From an archaeon (lineage in GTDB: Archaea > Iainarchaeota > Iainarchaeia > Iainarchaeales > 1-14-0-10-31-34), in the NCBI GenBank assembly GCA_024277355.1, contig JAJRVL010000004.1, positions 264,804-328,803 on the forward strand: a stretch of 64,000 bases of DNA. The letters are read 5' to 3'. Position 1 is the first letter of the stretch; each line of letters begins with the position of its first letter. The position numbers and the translations under genes were made by a program. The notes under the pieces are model-generated. The model saw only the letters and a list, made by a program, of their open reading frames with translations, did no database searches and was not told the origin of the DNA. This document shows, one piece after another, positions 37,194-45,928 of this stretch.

Positions 37194-37898
37194 ATATTTC
37201 AAATAAACAAAATAAGCCAAAACAAAATACAATAAAATTAAAAAATAACCAATTAAAGCCCCTAAACCAGAAAAATTCTTTTTTTTTCTTTCAATAATAA
37301 ACCAGTAAAGTTCTCCAGTCAAAGCAAAAAAAGAAACAATTAACAAAAAATAACCGGCTAAATTCATTAAAGCAAAAGGATTAACCAGCAAAAAATGTCC
37401 AATTAAAGCCCAAAAAGAAAAATAAACTAATCTTTGAATTTTTTTCCAGTTAACGCCTAATTTTGCTACAGCAAAATCAGTTGAAATTAAACTTAACAAA
37501 ACTAAAATTCCTAAAGAAAAATACCCAAAAATTAAAGGATTAAAAAAAGGATTAAAAGAATAAAAAATCAAAGAAATATCAAAATTAAAAATAATATTTA
37601 AGACCAGCAAAAAATGAATTAATCCAAATAAAGTTCCTGTAACCCCTAAACTTCTTCTTACAGTCCAATATTTCAATAAAGCAGGTTTAAACTTGAAAAC
37701 AGAACTTGAAAGTAAAGACAAAGCAATAAAAGTTGCTCCACTAAAAGCAAAACTTCGAATTAAAGCATAATTAAATGAAGTAAAAGAAATAAAATAAAAC
37801 TGATAAAAAAATTCAGTTAACCAAAACAAAACCGAAACAAAAACAAAAATTAAAACAAACTTCCAGTTCCTTATTGTGCCTTCAAACAATTTAACCAT
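37185..37898 (-). CDS. polytopic membrane protein resembling the ferric-reductase-like / MsrQ-type heme b-binding transmembrane domain
   Basis: 237 aa, about 6 TM. Conserved His in TM helices (GLIHFLLVL, LIGHFLLV). Convergent tail overlap with the cyt b5-like gene. Confidence 0.4.
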   Translation of the reverse strand: MVKLFEGTIRNWKFVLIFVFVSVLFWLTEFFYQFYFISFTSFNYALIRSFAFSGATFIALSLLSSSVFKFKPALLKYWTVRRSLGVTGTLFGLIHFLLVLNIIFNFDISLIFYSFNPFFNPLIFGYFSLGILVLLSLISTDFAVAKLGVNWKKIQRLVYFSFWALIGHFLLVNPFALMNLAGYFLLIVSFFALTGELYWFIIERKKKNFSGLGALIGYFLILLYFVLAYFVYLKYLI

Positions 37899-37953
37899 GA
37901 AAACAAAAGAAAATAACTTAATTTAAGTTTTTCTTATTCTAATTAATACAAAA

Positions 37954-38174
37954 GGGCCCATAGTCTAGTGGATAGGACAGCAGCCTCCTAAACTTTTTTC
38001 GCAAAAAAGTTTAATCAAAAAAGCAAACTTTTCTGCGAAAAGTTTGTATACAAAAAATAATTTTGTTGCAACTTTAGGGAGAGGCAGTGCGACTTTACGT
38101 CGCACATTTTGGCAACTTGCCTTTTCTTAAAAGGCAGAAAGCTGCGGACCCGAGTTCGACTCTCGGTGGGCCCG
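37954..38174 (+). tRNA. tRNA-Arg (anticodon CCU) with a ~149-nt intron after the anticodon loop
   Basis: Exon 1 is GGGCCCATAGTCTAGTGGATAGGACAGCAGCCTCCTAA. Exon 2 is (A)GCTGCGGACCCGAGTTCGACTCTCGGTGGGCCCG. The anticodon stem GCAGC/GCTGC re-forms after removal of 37991/2..38139/40. Confidence 0.8.
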
Positions 38175-38280
38175 TAAAAAGAATTTGTTTTCAAATGACA
38201 GCAATCAAAAATCACTAGCAAGATACTAACAACAGGAATAGCAATAGCTAAAAAAAAATTGTAAAAATAAAAAAACAGCT

Positions 38281-38766
38281 TTATTTTTTGTTTAAGTTAA
38301 GTTTTGTAATAAAGCCACCGACTACACCAGCTATTGCACCTAATACTGCAAACAAAATAATATAAAAAACCAGACTACTTATCAGGCTGCCTACATCAAA
38401 TTGATATGCTGTATTTCCAATTAAAGTATCTGCTTGATATACTTGATAAATTTCTGAGCTAATTGAATATATTACTGCAATAATAACGCCAAGGATAGCT
38501 CCAATCTTTGCTGTGTCAATTAGTTTACCATTGGCTTTTGATATAACATATCCAGACCAGATTACAAGCAAGATTACAATCACTGCTAACACATTATCAA
38601 CAACAGCCTTGTTATCCCAAAAAGAAACTGCTATAACATCAGATTCTGAATATTGGTTAAATCCAAGCATAAAAGGCAGAATTGATAAAGCAACTGCAAT
38701 AACTACAACAACAACACAAGCAATCACTGGCAATTTTGCTGAACTAAAAAGTTTTGACAATTCCAA
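38281..38766 (-). CDS. hypothetical membrane protein (4 TM)
   Basis: 161-aa hydrophobic ORF. Confidence 0.4.
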   Translation of the reverse strand: MELSKLFSSAKLPVIACVVVVVIAVALSILPFMLGFNQYSESDVIAVSFWDNKAVVDNVLAVIVILLVIWSGYVISKANGKLIDTAKIGAILGVIIAVIYSISSEIYQVYQADTLIGNTAYQFDVGSLISSLVFYIILFAVLGAIAGVVGGFITKLNLNKK

Positions 38767-38957
38767 CTTATCACCGTTTAATATAAATAAAAGGAAGTAT
38801 AAAAACTTTTTGGAAAAAAAACTTAAGTAAAACTAAAACTTTTAATTTACAGCAGTTATAAGCAAAATAAACCAAATAGACATTTGTCGAAAAAACAAGG
38901 GTTTTTAAATGACAATTGACGTAAAGGCTTTTTAAGTGTTTTTTTCTCATTTAATGC

Positions 38958-39659
38958 ATGGATAAACTTTCTTCTATTATGGCTGGCGAAATCTGCTTAA
39001 GCAAAGATCCAGGCGGATCAATGAAAAAATGGAGAGAAATTTTTGGTGTTTCTCAAACAGAATTAGCTGACTACTTAAAAGTAAGCCCTTCAACTATATC
39101 TGATTATGAAGGAGGCAGAAGAGAAAGCCCAGGAATAGGAATAGTAAAAAGATTAGTTAATGCATTAATTTTAATTGACGAAAAAAGAGGCGGAAAAGTA
39201 AAAAAACAATTAGAAAAAGATTTTACTCCGCCAAAAGAAGTTTTTGGAACAAGAGAATTTTATTCTTCAATTAAAGGATTATTATTTCTTAAAAAAATTA
39301 ACGGAAAAGTTGTAGCTAACCCAAGCAAATTAAAAGAAATAGTAATTTATGGTTATACTTTAATTGATTCATTAAAAGTTATTCTAAATATTCCTGTTCA
39401 CGAATACATGCAGTTATACGGAAAGACACCTGAAAGAGCATTAATTTTTCAGTCAGTAGAAAACGGAAGAAGCCCAATGATTGCAGTGAAAATAGGAAGG
39501 TTTTCAACTGACATGAAACCATCAATAATAGTGCTGCATGGAGTAAAAAATGTTGATCCTTTAGCAATAAAAATAGCTGAAAGCGAAAAAATTCCTTTAA
39601 TTATTTCAGATAAACCAATAGAAAAAATCATTGATTCATTAAAAGAATTTGAAGTTTAA
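38958..39659 (+). CDS. XRE-family HTH transcriptional regulator with a C-terminal domain of unknown function (DRTGG-like)
   Basis: N-terminal FGVSQTELADYLKVSPSTISDYEGGRR is a classic XRE HTH. 233 aa. Confidence 0.55.
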   Translation: MDKLSSIMAGEICLSKDPGGSMKKWREIFGVSQTELADYLKVSPSTISDYEGGRRESPGIGIVKRLVNALILIDEKRGGKVKKQLEKDFTPPKEVFGTREFYSSIKGLLFLKKINGKVVANPSKLKEIVIYGYTLIDSLKVILNIPVHEYMQLYGKTPERALIFQSVENGRSPMIAVKIGRFSTDMKPSIIVLHGVKNVDPLAIKIAESEKIPLIISDKPIEKIIDSLKEFEV

Positions 39660-40354
39660 AATCTTACACAATAGGTATATCTTCTTTTTTCTTTTCCTGA
39701 TTTATCGACTCCAACAACAGAAAAAGAACGGATTACTTTTGAATTATATTTTTTTGCAAGTTTTTCTGAAGAAATTTTTGCTGAACGATTAGAACTTAAA
39801 ACTAAATCAAATCCTTTTCTGTTTTTTATTGTTTTAACTACTCTGGACAAAGGATCTTTTTTATTCATTTCAGAAATCAATAACTTAAATTCATTCATAA
39901 CTTTTTCTTGTTTTTCATTTTTTTCTTCAAATCTTGCCTGAATTGTTGCTTCAAAAAAATCAGAAGAAATTTTCATGCATGAATCACAAGTCCCTGAAGC
40001 AAACTGAAGTTTAATTACTCCTCTTAAACTTAAAAGATTATTTTCAATTAATCCTTTTACTTCAAGCAATGCATTAAAGTTTTTTTCATCTATTTCTTCT
40101 AATTCAATTTCAATATCCTGAACTTCAAAATCTTTTGATTTAACTTTTGATTTAACAAAATCAAGTAATTCCATTGAATCAAATTCAACCCAATGCCTTT
40201 GCACTTTAATTTTATTGCATTTTCTGCAGAACTCAAACTGAAGTTTATCAGGCAAAATAAGCAGTTTATTATCCTGTAAAAAACAGTTTTCACAGAAACC
40301 TTTAATGAATATTCCTTCTTTTTTTCCGCATTTTGGACAAAATCTAAAACTCAT
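39656..40354 (-). CDS. Nmd3-family ribosomal large-subunit biogenesis/export factor homolog
   Basis: N-terminal zinc clusters CPKCG...CENC...CRKC, then the Nmd3 core with SDFFEATIQARF. 232 aa. Confidence 0.65.
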   Translation of the reverse strand: MSFRFCPKCGKKEGIFIKGFCENCFLQDNKLLILPDKLQFEFCRKCNKIKVQRHWVEFDSMELLDFVKSKVKSKDFEVQDIEIELEEIDEKNFNALLEVKGLIENNLLSLRGVIKLQFASGTCDSCMKISSDFFEATIQARFEEKNEKQEKVMNEFKLLISEMNKKDPLSRVVKTIKNRKGFDLVLSSNRSAKISSEKLAKKYNSKVIRSFSVVGVDKSGKEKRRYTYCVRF

Positions 40355-40360
40355 AAAATA

Positions 40361-41155
40361 TCATTCCTTAAAATACAACAAAGGATTTAACACCATTGAA
40401 TAAGTTGCTAAAACCGCAGTAATAATTCTTAATACAGCAAAAACAATTAAAGCTAAAATGCTTATTAATTCAGTTTCAGCAAAAGAAACAATAAAAGCAG
40501 AAATTAAACTTAAAATCAAAGCAATAAAAGTCCCAAAAGATGCTTCTTTAATATTTTTAAAAGACTTTTTTACTGCATTAAAAACAGAACTTAAACCTTT
40601 TTTTTCTATTGCTGCAACAGGATAAATAAAATAAAACAAAACTGTAACAATAAAAACTGCAATTAAAATAACTAAACCTGAAAGAACAGAAAAAAACAAG
40701 TTATTCTGAACAAAAGAAAAAGAAAAAAAAGTTATAAAAGGAACAAGAATAATCATTGAAAGAATAAAAGCAAAAAGCACTGGAACAACAATTTTAGTGA
40801 AATTTTTTAGTACTTCTTTAATTGAAACTGAAACTGAAATACTTTTTTTATTTAAATAATTTTGTATCATTAAAGGATAAGCTGAATTAATAACTGAATC
40901 AAACACAAAAAAAATAAAAGACAAAACAAGCAAAAAAACTGCTTCAGGAAAAATTTTATTTAACAAAAAAGTTTTTTCTTCTAAAGAAGAAAGCAAATTA
41001 ATTACCTGCATTTTTTTTAATAAATTCATAGCAAATAAAAGCATTAAACCCCAGACTAATGCAAGGAAAATTTTAGGAAAAAAAAGTTTTGGTTGTTTTT
41101 TTAAAACAATAAATGAATTTTTTAAAACTTCAATTAAAGAACTCATTTTAATCAA
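40361..41155 (-). CDS. hypothetical polytopic membrane protein
   Basis: 264 aa, 6-7 TM, no motifs. 8-nt overlap with the downstream MBL ribonuclease gene. Confidence 0.4.
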   Translation of the reverse strand: MIKMSSLIEVLKNSFIVLKKQPKLFFPKIFLALVWGLMLLFAMNLLKKMQVINLLSSLEEKTFLLNKIFPEAVFLLVLSFIFFVFDSVINSAYPLMIQNYLNKKSISVSVSIKEVLKNFTKIVVPVLFAFILSMIILVPFITFFSFSFVQNNLFFSVLSGLVILIAVFIVTVLFYFIYPVAAIEKKGLSSVFNAVKKSFKNIKEASFGTFIALILSLISAFIVSFAETELISILALIVFAVLRIITAVLATYSMVLNPLLYFKE

Positions 41156-42422
41156 GTTTTATTTCCTGTCCTAATTTTGGCGCAACAGAATTAAAGCCTT
41201 CATTTTTCAGTCTTTTCTGGAAAACTTTTATTACTTTTTCATCTCCATGAACACAAATAATTTTTTCAGGGTTAGTTAATTTAGCTAATTCAATTAATTC
41301 ATCCTGTGAAGCATGAGCAGAAAAATCAAATTGTTTTACTTGATTTCTTACTTTAACTATTTCTCCATCTAAATCCACTATTCCTTTTTCCATTAAAGTT
41401 CTTCCATTAGTTCCTTCAACTTGATATCCAGTTAAAAAAATCTTTGATTTAGGGTCTTTATATAATTTTTTTAAATACCACATTACTGGACCTCCCTGAA
41501 GCATTCCAGCTGAAGTTACAATAACACAAGGCTTTTTTAAAACTGGATTTCTTCTTCCTTTTTTAATCCAGTTAGCTGAATGCAAGGCTTTTCCTAACAT
41601 TTTTGGGTTCTTTAAATGTTCAGGGAATTCAAGGGTTGTTCTTGCAACTCTTTGCCCCATTCCATCATAAAAAATATCTGCAGTAACTTTGTTTTCATAT
41701 AAAATATCAATTAATTCCTGACTTCTTCCAACAGCAAAAGCAGGAACAATTGCATGCCCGCCTTTATTTAGTGTTTCTTTTACTTCATCAACAAAAGATT
41801 TTTCTAATTCTTTTCTGTTTCCATGATTTCTGTCACCATAAGTTGACTCAATAATCAATACATCAGTTTTACCTATTTTTTTGTCTGCTCCCTTAAACAT
41901 TCTTGTATCTTCTATTTTAAAGTCTCCTGAATAAACTACATCTTTTTTTTCTGATTCAACTTTAATCATTGAAGAACCCAAAATATGCCCTGCATCAAAT
42001 AATTCAATTGAAGTGCTTTCAGATAAATTAACTTTTTTTCTGTAAGGCAAAGTAAAAGTAGATCTTTCTGTACTTCCTATATCTGCAGCAGAAAAATGAG
42101 GAGTTACCCCTTCAATTCTGGCTATTTTTAATGAATCAGCCCACAAAATCTGGCTTAATTCCAAAGTAGGCAGAGTCATATAAACAAAAGAATTTGACTG
42201 AGAAAATAATTCAGGTACAGCTCCAGAATGATCTAAATGAGCATGAGAAATAACTATTGCATCTAAATTTGTTTTTACAGGCAAAGGATATTCTATTTCA
42301 TCGCTTCCTAATTTTATTCCTCTGTCTAAAAGAATTTTTTCTCCTACATCCAACAAAAAAGAACTTCTTCCAACTTCATTTGATGCACCTAAAGCAGTTA
42401 ATTTACTCATAACAAAACACAA
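41148..42422 (-). CDS. beta-CASP family metallo-beta-lactamase ribonuclease (aCPSF/RNase J-like)
   Basis: HAHLDHSG motif II. Conserved D and H of motifs III and IV and of the beta-CASP A-C motifs. 424 aa. Confidence 0.7.
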   Translation of the reverse strand: MCFVMSKLTALGASNEVGRSSFLLDVGEKILLDRGIKLGSDEIEYPLPVKTNLDAIVISHAHLDHSGAVPELFSQSNSFVYMTLPTLELSQILWADSLKIARIEGVTPHFSAADIGSTERSTFTLPYRKKVNLSESTSIELFDAGHILGSSMIKVESEKKDVVYSGDFKIEDTRMFKGADKKIGKTDVLIIESTYGDRNHGNRKELEKSFVDEVKETLNKGGHAIVPAFAVGRSQELIDILYENKVTADIFYDGMGQRVARTTLEFPEHLKNPKMLGKALHSANWIKKGRRNPVLKKPCVIVTSAGMLQGGPVMWYLKKLYKDPKSKIFLTGYQVEGTNGRTLMEKGIVDLDGEIVKVRNQVKQFDFSAHASQDELIELAKLTNPEKIICVHGDEKVIKVFQKRLKNEGFNSVAPKLGQEIKLD

Positions 42423-42465
42423 AAATTATCCTTAAATAAAAATAATGGTTTAAGTTTAAAAAAGA

Positions 42466-43143
42466 GTGTTTTGCACAAAATTTAAATTAATTAAAACGCT
42501 TAATAATTGCATGGATTTTATTGAATCAAAAAAATTACTTGAAAAATACAAAATAAAGTTTGTTAAAGGAAAATTAATTAAAAACAAAACAGAATTAATT
42601 AATGCCTCAAAAAAAATTGGTTATCCTATTGCATTAAAAATTATTTCAAAACAAATTTCCCATAAAAGTGATGTTGGAGGAATAGCAGTAAATATCCAGA
42701 ACGAAAAACAGGCAATAGAAAAATATAATTTAATTATGAAAAATGTAAAGAAAAAAATGCCAAAAGCAATAATACAGGGAATTTTTGTGCAAAAATTTAT
42801 TTTAGGAAAACAAATTATTATTGGCGGAAAATATGACAGGCAGTTTGGCCCTACAATATTATTTGGTTTAGGGGGAATATTTGTTGAATTAATGAAAGAT
42901 GTTTCATTAAGAATCTGTCCAATTACAAGAGATGACGCAAAACAAATGATTCAAGAAATAAAAGGTTACGCCATACTAAAAGGAACAAGAGGCGAAAAAG
43001 GAATTAATTTAAAAGAATTAGAAAATGTTTTAATAAAAGTAAATGATTTAATGATGAAAGAAAAAATAAAAGAATTAGACATTAATCCTTTAATCGCAGA
43101 CGAAAAAGAAGTAATTGCAGTTGATGCAAGAGTGATTGAATGA
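42466..43143 (+). CDS. ATP-grasp domain protein (acyl-CoA synthetase NDP-forming beta-subunit-like)
   Basis: 225 aa. SKKLLEKYKIKFVKGKL...IGYPIALKIIS...HKSDVGGIAVNI resembles the ATP-grasp of ADP-forming acetyl-CoA synthetase / succinyl-CoA synthetase beta. Confidence 0.5.
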   Translation: MFCTKFKLIKTLNNCMDFIESKKLLEKYKIKFVKGKLIKNKTELINASKKIGYPIALKIISKQISHKSDVGGIAVNIQNEKQAIEKYNLIMKNVKKKMPKAIIQGIFVQKFILGKQIIIGGKYDRQFGPTILFGLGGIFVELMKDVSLRICPITRDDAKQMIQEIKGYAILKGTRGEKGINLKELENVLIKVNDLMMKEKIKELDINPLIADEKEVIAVDARVIE

Positions 43144-43388
43144 AAATTGAAATTGATTCTCCTGCAAAAATTAATTTAACTTTAGACATCATCAAAAAAA
43201 GAAAAGATAATTATCATGAATTAGAAATGATAATGCAGGAATTAGAATTAAAAGACAAAATTGAATTAAAAGAAATAAAAGAAAACACAATAAAAATTAA
43301 ATCTAATTCAAAACAAATTCCATTAAATGAAAAAAACCTTGTATGGAAAGCAGCAAAAAAATCAAAAAAAACAAAAAAATTGAAATAG
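43140..43388 (+). CDS. ispE: 4-diphosphocytidyl-2-C-methyl-D-erythritol kinase (IspE), N-terminal part of a frameshifted gene
   Basis: Contains SPAKINLTLDI...DNYHELEMI...NLVWKAAKK, the IspE N-terminal signature. It ends inside an A-rich tract. Confidence 0.7.
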   Translation: MKIEIDSPAKINLTLDIIKKRKDNYHELEMIMQELELKDKIELKEIKENTIKIKSNSKQIPLNEKNLVWKAAKKSKKTKKLK

Positions 43389-43990
43389 GAATAGAAATTT
43401 TTATTGACAAAAAGATTCCTGTTGCAGGAGGATTAGGCGGAGGAAGTTCTAATGCAGCAGCAGTAATTAAAGGATTAAACCAGTTATGGAATTTAAAAAT
43501 GGAAAAAAAAGAAATGCAAGACATTGCAGAAGAAATCGGAATGGATGTAGCATTCTTTTTGCAAGGAAAAACTGCTTTTGCTTCAGGTAGAGGAGAACAA
43601 ATCAAGCAAATAAATTCTTTTCCTAAAACAAGAATTTTAATCTGCAATCCTGGAATTCCAGTTTCAACAAGAAACGCTTATTCAAATATAAACTATGAAA
43701 AATCAGGCAAAATTTTAGCTTCACAAAAAATGAAACAAGCAATAGAACAAAAAAAAGAAATAAAAGAATTAACTGAATTAATTCACAATGACTTTGAATT
43801 TTCTGTTTTAAATTCTTTTCCTGAAATAAAAAAACTAAAAGAAGAAATGAAAGAAAATTCTTTTAATGTTTTAATGAGCGGTTCTGGAAGCACGGTTTTT
43901 TGTTTTCCTAAAACAGAAAAAGATTCAAAAGAATTAGCAGAAAAATTAAAACAAAAATATCCGGTTGTAATTGAAACATTTAGTGTTTAA
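43343..43990 (+). CDS. ispE: IspE C-terminal part (GHMP kinase ATP-binding and C-terminal domains), in a different frame from the N-terminal part
   Basis: Contains IEIGIEIFIDKKIPVAGGLGGGSSNAAAVIKGLNQLW, EIGMDVAFFL and SGSGSTVFCF. The frame switch lies in the runs A7/A8/A7 at about 43355-43385. Confidence 0.75.
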   Translation: MESSKKIKKNKKIEIGIEIFIDKKIPVAGGLGGGSSNAAAVIKGLNQLWNLKMEKKEMQDIAEEIGMDVAFFLQGKTAFASGRGEQIKQINSFPKTRILICNPGIPVSTRNAYSNINYEKSGKILASQKMKQAIEQKKEIKELTELIHNDFEFSVLNSFPEIKKLKEEMKENSFNVLMSGSGSTVFCFPKTEKDSKELAEKLKQKYPVVIETFSV

Positions 43991-43995
43991 GTTTT

Positions 43996-44253
43996 TTATT
44001 TGTATATTTTATCATGATGAGCATAATCTTCTAACACAACAGTTTTTCCTTTAATAGAATAAACCAATACAAAACTTTTCAGAATATGAACTCTTCTTTT
44101 ATTCTGTAATGGCTTTCTTAAAGGCTTAAATGTGAAAGGATTTTCAAGAATTTGTCTTATTTTATTTTTCACTGCTTTTTCATGCAAAGAATCTTTTTTT
44201 GCTATTTTTTCAAATATTTTATCAACATGCTTTTTTACTTCTAATTTATACAA
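43996..44253 (-). CDS. RelE/ParE-family type II toxin
   Basis: 85 aa. KIRQILENPFTFKPLRKPLQNKRRVHILKSFVLVYSIKGKTVVLEDYAHHDKIY matches the RelE/ParE fold consensus (NP...GK.L.G.....R.RIG.YR..Y....v.il.igHR). Confidence 0.65.
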   Translation of the reverse strand: MYKLEVKKHVDKIFEKIAKKDSLHEKAVKNKIRQILENPFTFKPLRKPLQNKRRVHILKSFVLVYSIKGKTVVLEDYAHHDKIYK

Positions 44254-44259
44254 TTAAAA

Positions 44260-44502
44260 TCATCTCTTGCGAAGCTTTTCAAAATATTCATCAAGACTTT
44301 TAACCTTAATTGTTTTTTCCTTCTCAATCATTTTCATTTTCTCAATATAATCAGTTCTTAATTCTGGTTCAAGCAATTCTTTTTCATATTCTTCAGCCAT
44401 TTTATTTATTGCCTGGCTTTTATCCTTTAAATCATACTTTGCTTTAACCAGATTTATAACATGATTAGCTTCTTTATTTATTTTCACAATCGCAGTCGGC
44501 AC
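44260..44502 (-). CDS. putative cognate antitoxin
   Basis: 80-aa ORF immediately upstream of the toxin on the same strand with a 6-nt gap. This is the classic antitoxin-first bicistron. Confidence 0.45.
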   Translation of the reverse strand: MPTAIVKINKEANHVINLVKAKYDLKDKSQAINKMAEEYEKELLEPELRTDYIEKMKMIEKEKTIKVKSLDEYFEKLRKR

Positions 44503-44613
44503 ATTATCACCATATTAATACCATATTAACATGATATTAACAAAGCATTAAAAGTCTTTACTTAAAGTAATTTGAAAGAAAATAAAAAGCTTTAGTTACG
44601 TCAATTGCAGAAA

Positions 44614-45849
44614 TTATTTGCTGTAATGCCCTTCAACATATTCTTCAATTAACTTAATGAATTCTTCAGTTAATTGTTTTGCGTTTCCTTTTAAAACTTT
44701 AATTTGTTTGCCGTCAGCAAAAACAGGAGCTGCAGGAGTTTCACCTGAACCAGGCAAACTTAAACCAATATTTGCGTTTTTGCTTTCTCCTGGACCATTA
44801 ACAATACAGCCCATTACTGCAACTTCCATTTTTTCTACTCCTTTAACTCCTTTTTTCTTCCATTCAGGAGTTTTTTTCTGTAAAAATTTTTCTACTTGTT
44901 CGGCTATTTCCTGAAATACAGTACTAGTAGTTCTTCCGCATCCAGGACAAGAAGTTATTTCAGGAGTAAAAAACCTTAAACTTAAAGACTGTAAAATTTG
45001 CTTGCAGATTTTTACTTCTTCTGTTCTGCTTGTGCCTGGAGTAGGAGTTAAAGAAGTTCTGATTGTATCTCCGATTCCTTTTTGTAATAAAACACTTAAT
45101 CCGGCAGTTGAATGAATCGCTCCCTTTAATCCTTGTCCTGCTTCAGTTACCCCTAAATGCAATGCATTATCACATCTTTCAGCAAGCAAAGAATAAGCTT
45201 TAATCATATCCTGAACTCTTGAACTTTTAGTTGAAATTACAATTTTTTTATTTTCTAAACCTAATTCAACTGCTTTGTTTTTGCTTTCAATTGCACTTGT
45301 AACTAAAGCATCAATTAAAACATCAGTATTAGCTTTTGAATAATTATTTTTTGCGTTTTCATCCATTAATCTTGCTAAAACATTTTGGTCTAATGAACCC
45401 CAATTAACTCCAATTCTAACTGGTTTATCATTATCAACTGCAACTTTAACCATTGCTTCAAAATTTGAGTCATGGCTTTCTCCAAAACCTACATTGCCTG
45501 GATTAATTCTGTATTTATCTAATGCCTGAGCACAATCAGGAAATTTAGTTAACAATAAATGACCGTTATAATGAAAGTCTCCAATTAAAGGAACTTCATA
45601 ATTTTCATCTAACAATGCTTTTTTAATTAAAGGAACTGCTTTTGCTCCTGCATCATCTTTTACAGTAAACCTGACTAATTCACTTCCTGCATCAGCTAAC
45701 TCTTTTATTTGATTAACAGTAGCTTTAACATCTTCAGTTGGAGTATTAGTCATTGATTGAATTACAACAGGATTATCTCCTCCAATAATTATGTTTCCAA
45801 CTTTAACTGCAATACTTTTTCTTCTCATTAAAAAACTAAATAAGAACAA
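44614..45849 (-). CDS. ispG: 4-hydroxy-3-methylbut-2-enyl diphosphate synthase (IspG/GcpE)
   Basis: 411 aa. TIM-barrel N-terminal domain. C-terminal 4Fe-4S cysteines CPGCGRT and VAVMGCIVNGPGE. Confidence 0.85.
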   Translation of the reverse strand: MFLFSFLMRRKSIAVKVGNIIIGGDNPVVIQSMTNTPTEDVKATVNQIKELADAGSELVRFTVKDDAGAKAVPLIKKALLDENYEVPLIGDFHYNGHLLLTKFPDCAQALDKYRINPGNVGFGESHDSNFEAMVKVAVDNDKPVRIGVNWGSLDQNVLARLMDENAKNNYSKANTDVLIDALVTSAIESKNKAVELGLENKKIVISTKSSRVQDMIKAYSLLAERCDNALHLGVTEAGQGLKGAIHSTAGLSVLLQKGIGDTIRTSLTPTPGTSRTEEVKICKQILQSLSLRFFTPEITSCPGCGRTTSTVFQEIAEQVEKFLQKKTPEWKKKGVKGVEKMEVAVMGCIVNGPGESKNANIGLSLPGSGETPAAPVFADGKQIKVLKGNAKQLTEEFIKLIEEYVEGHYSK

Positions 45850-45928
45850 ATATTTAAAGAAATTGTATTAAAGAACACCTGAAAAGATTTAAGGAATATT
45901 AATAAATTTTACTCTCTTTTTTTATTTC

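Noticed and set aside
38015-38221. 68-aa minus-strand ORF inside the tRNA-Arg locus
   Set aside because: It overlaps the tRNA-Arg intron and 3' exon, has no coding signal, and is composed of repeat sequence.
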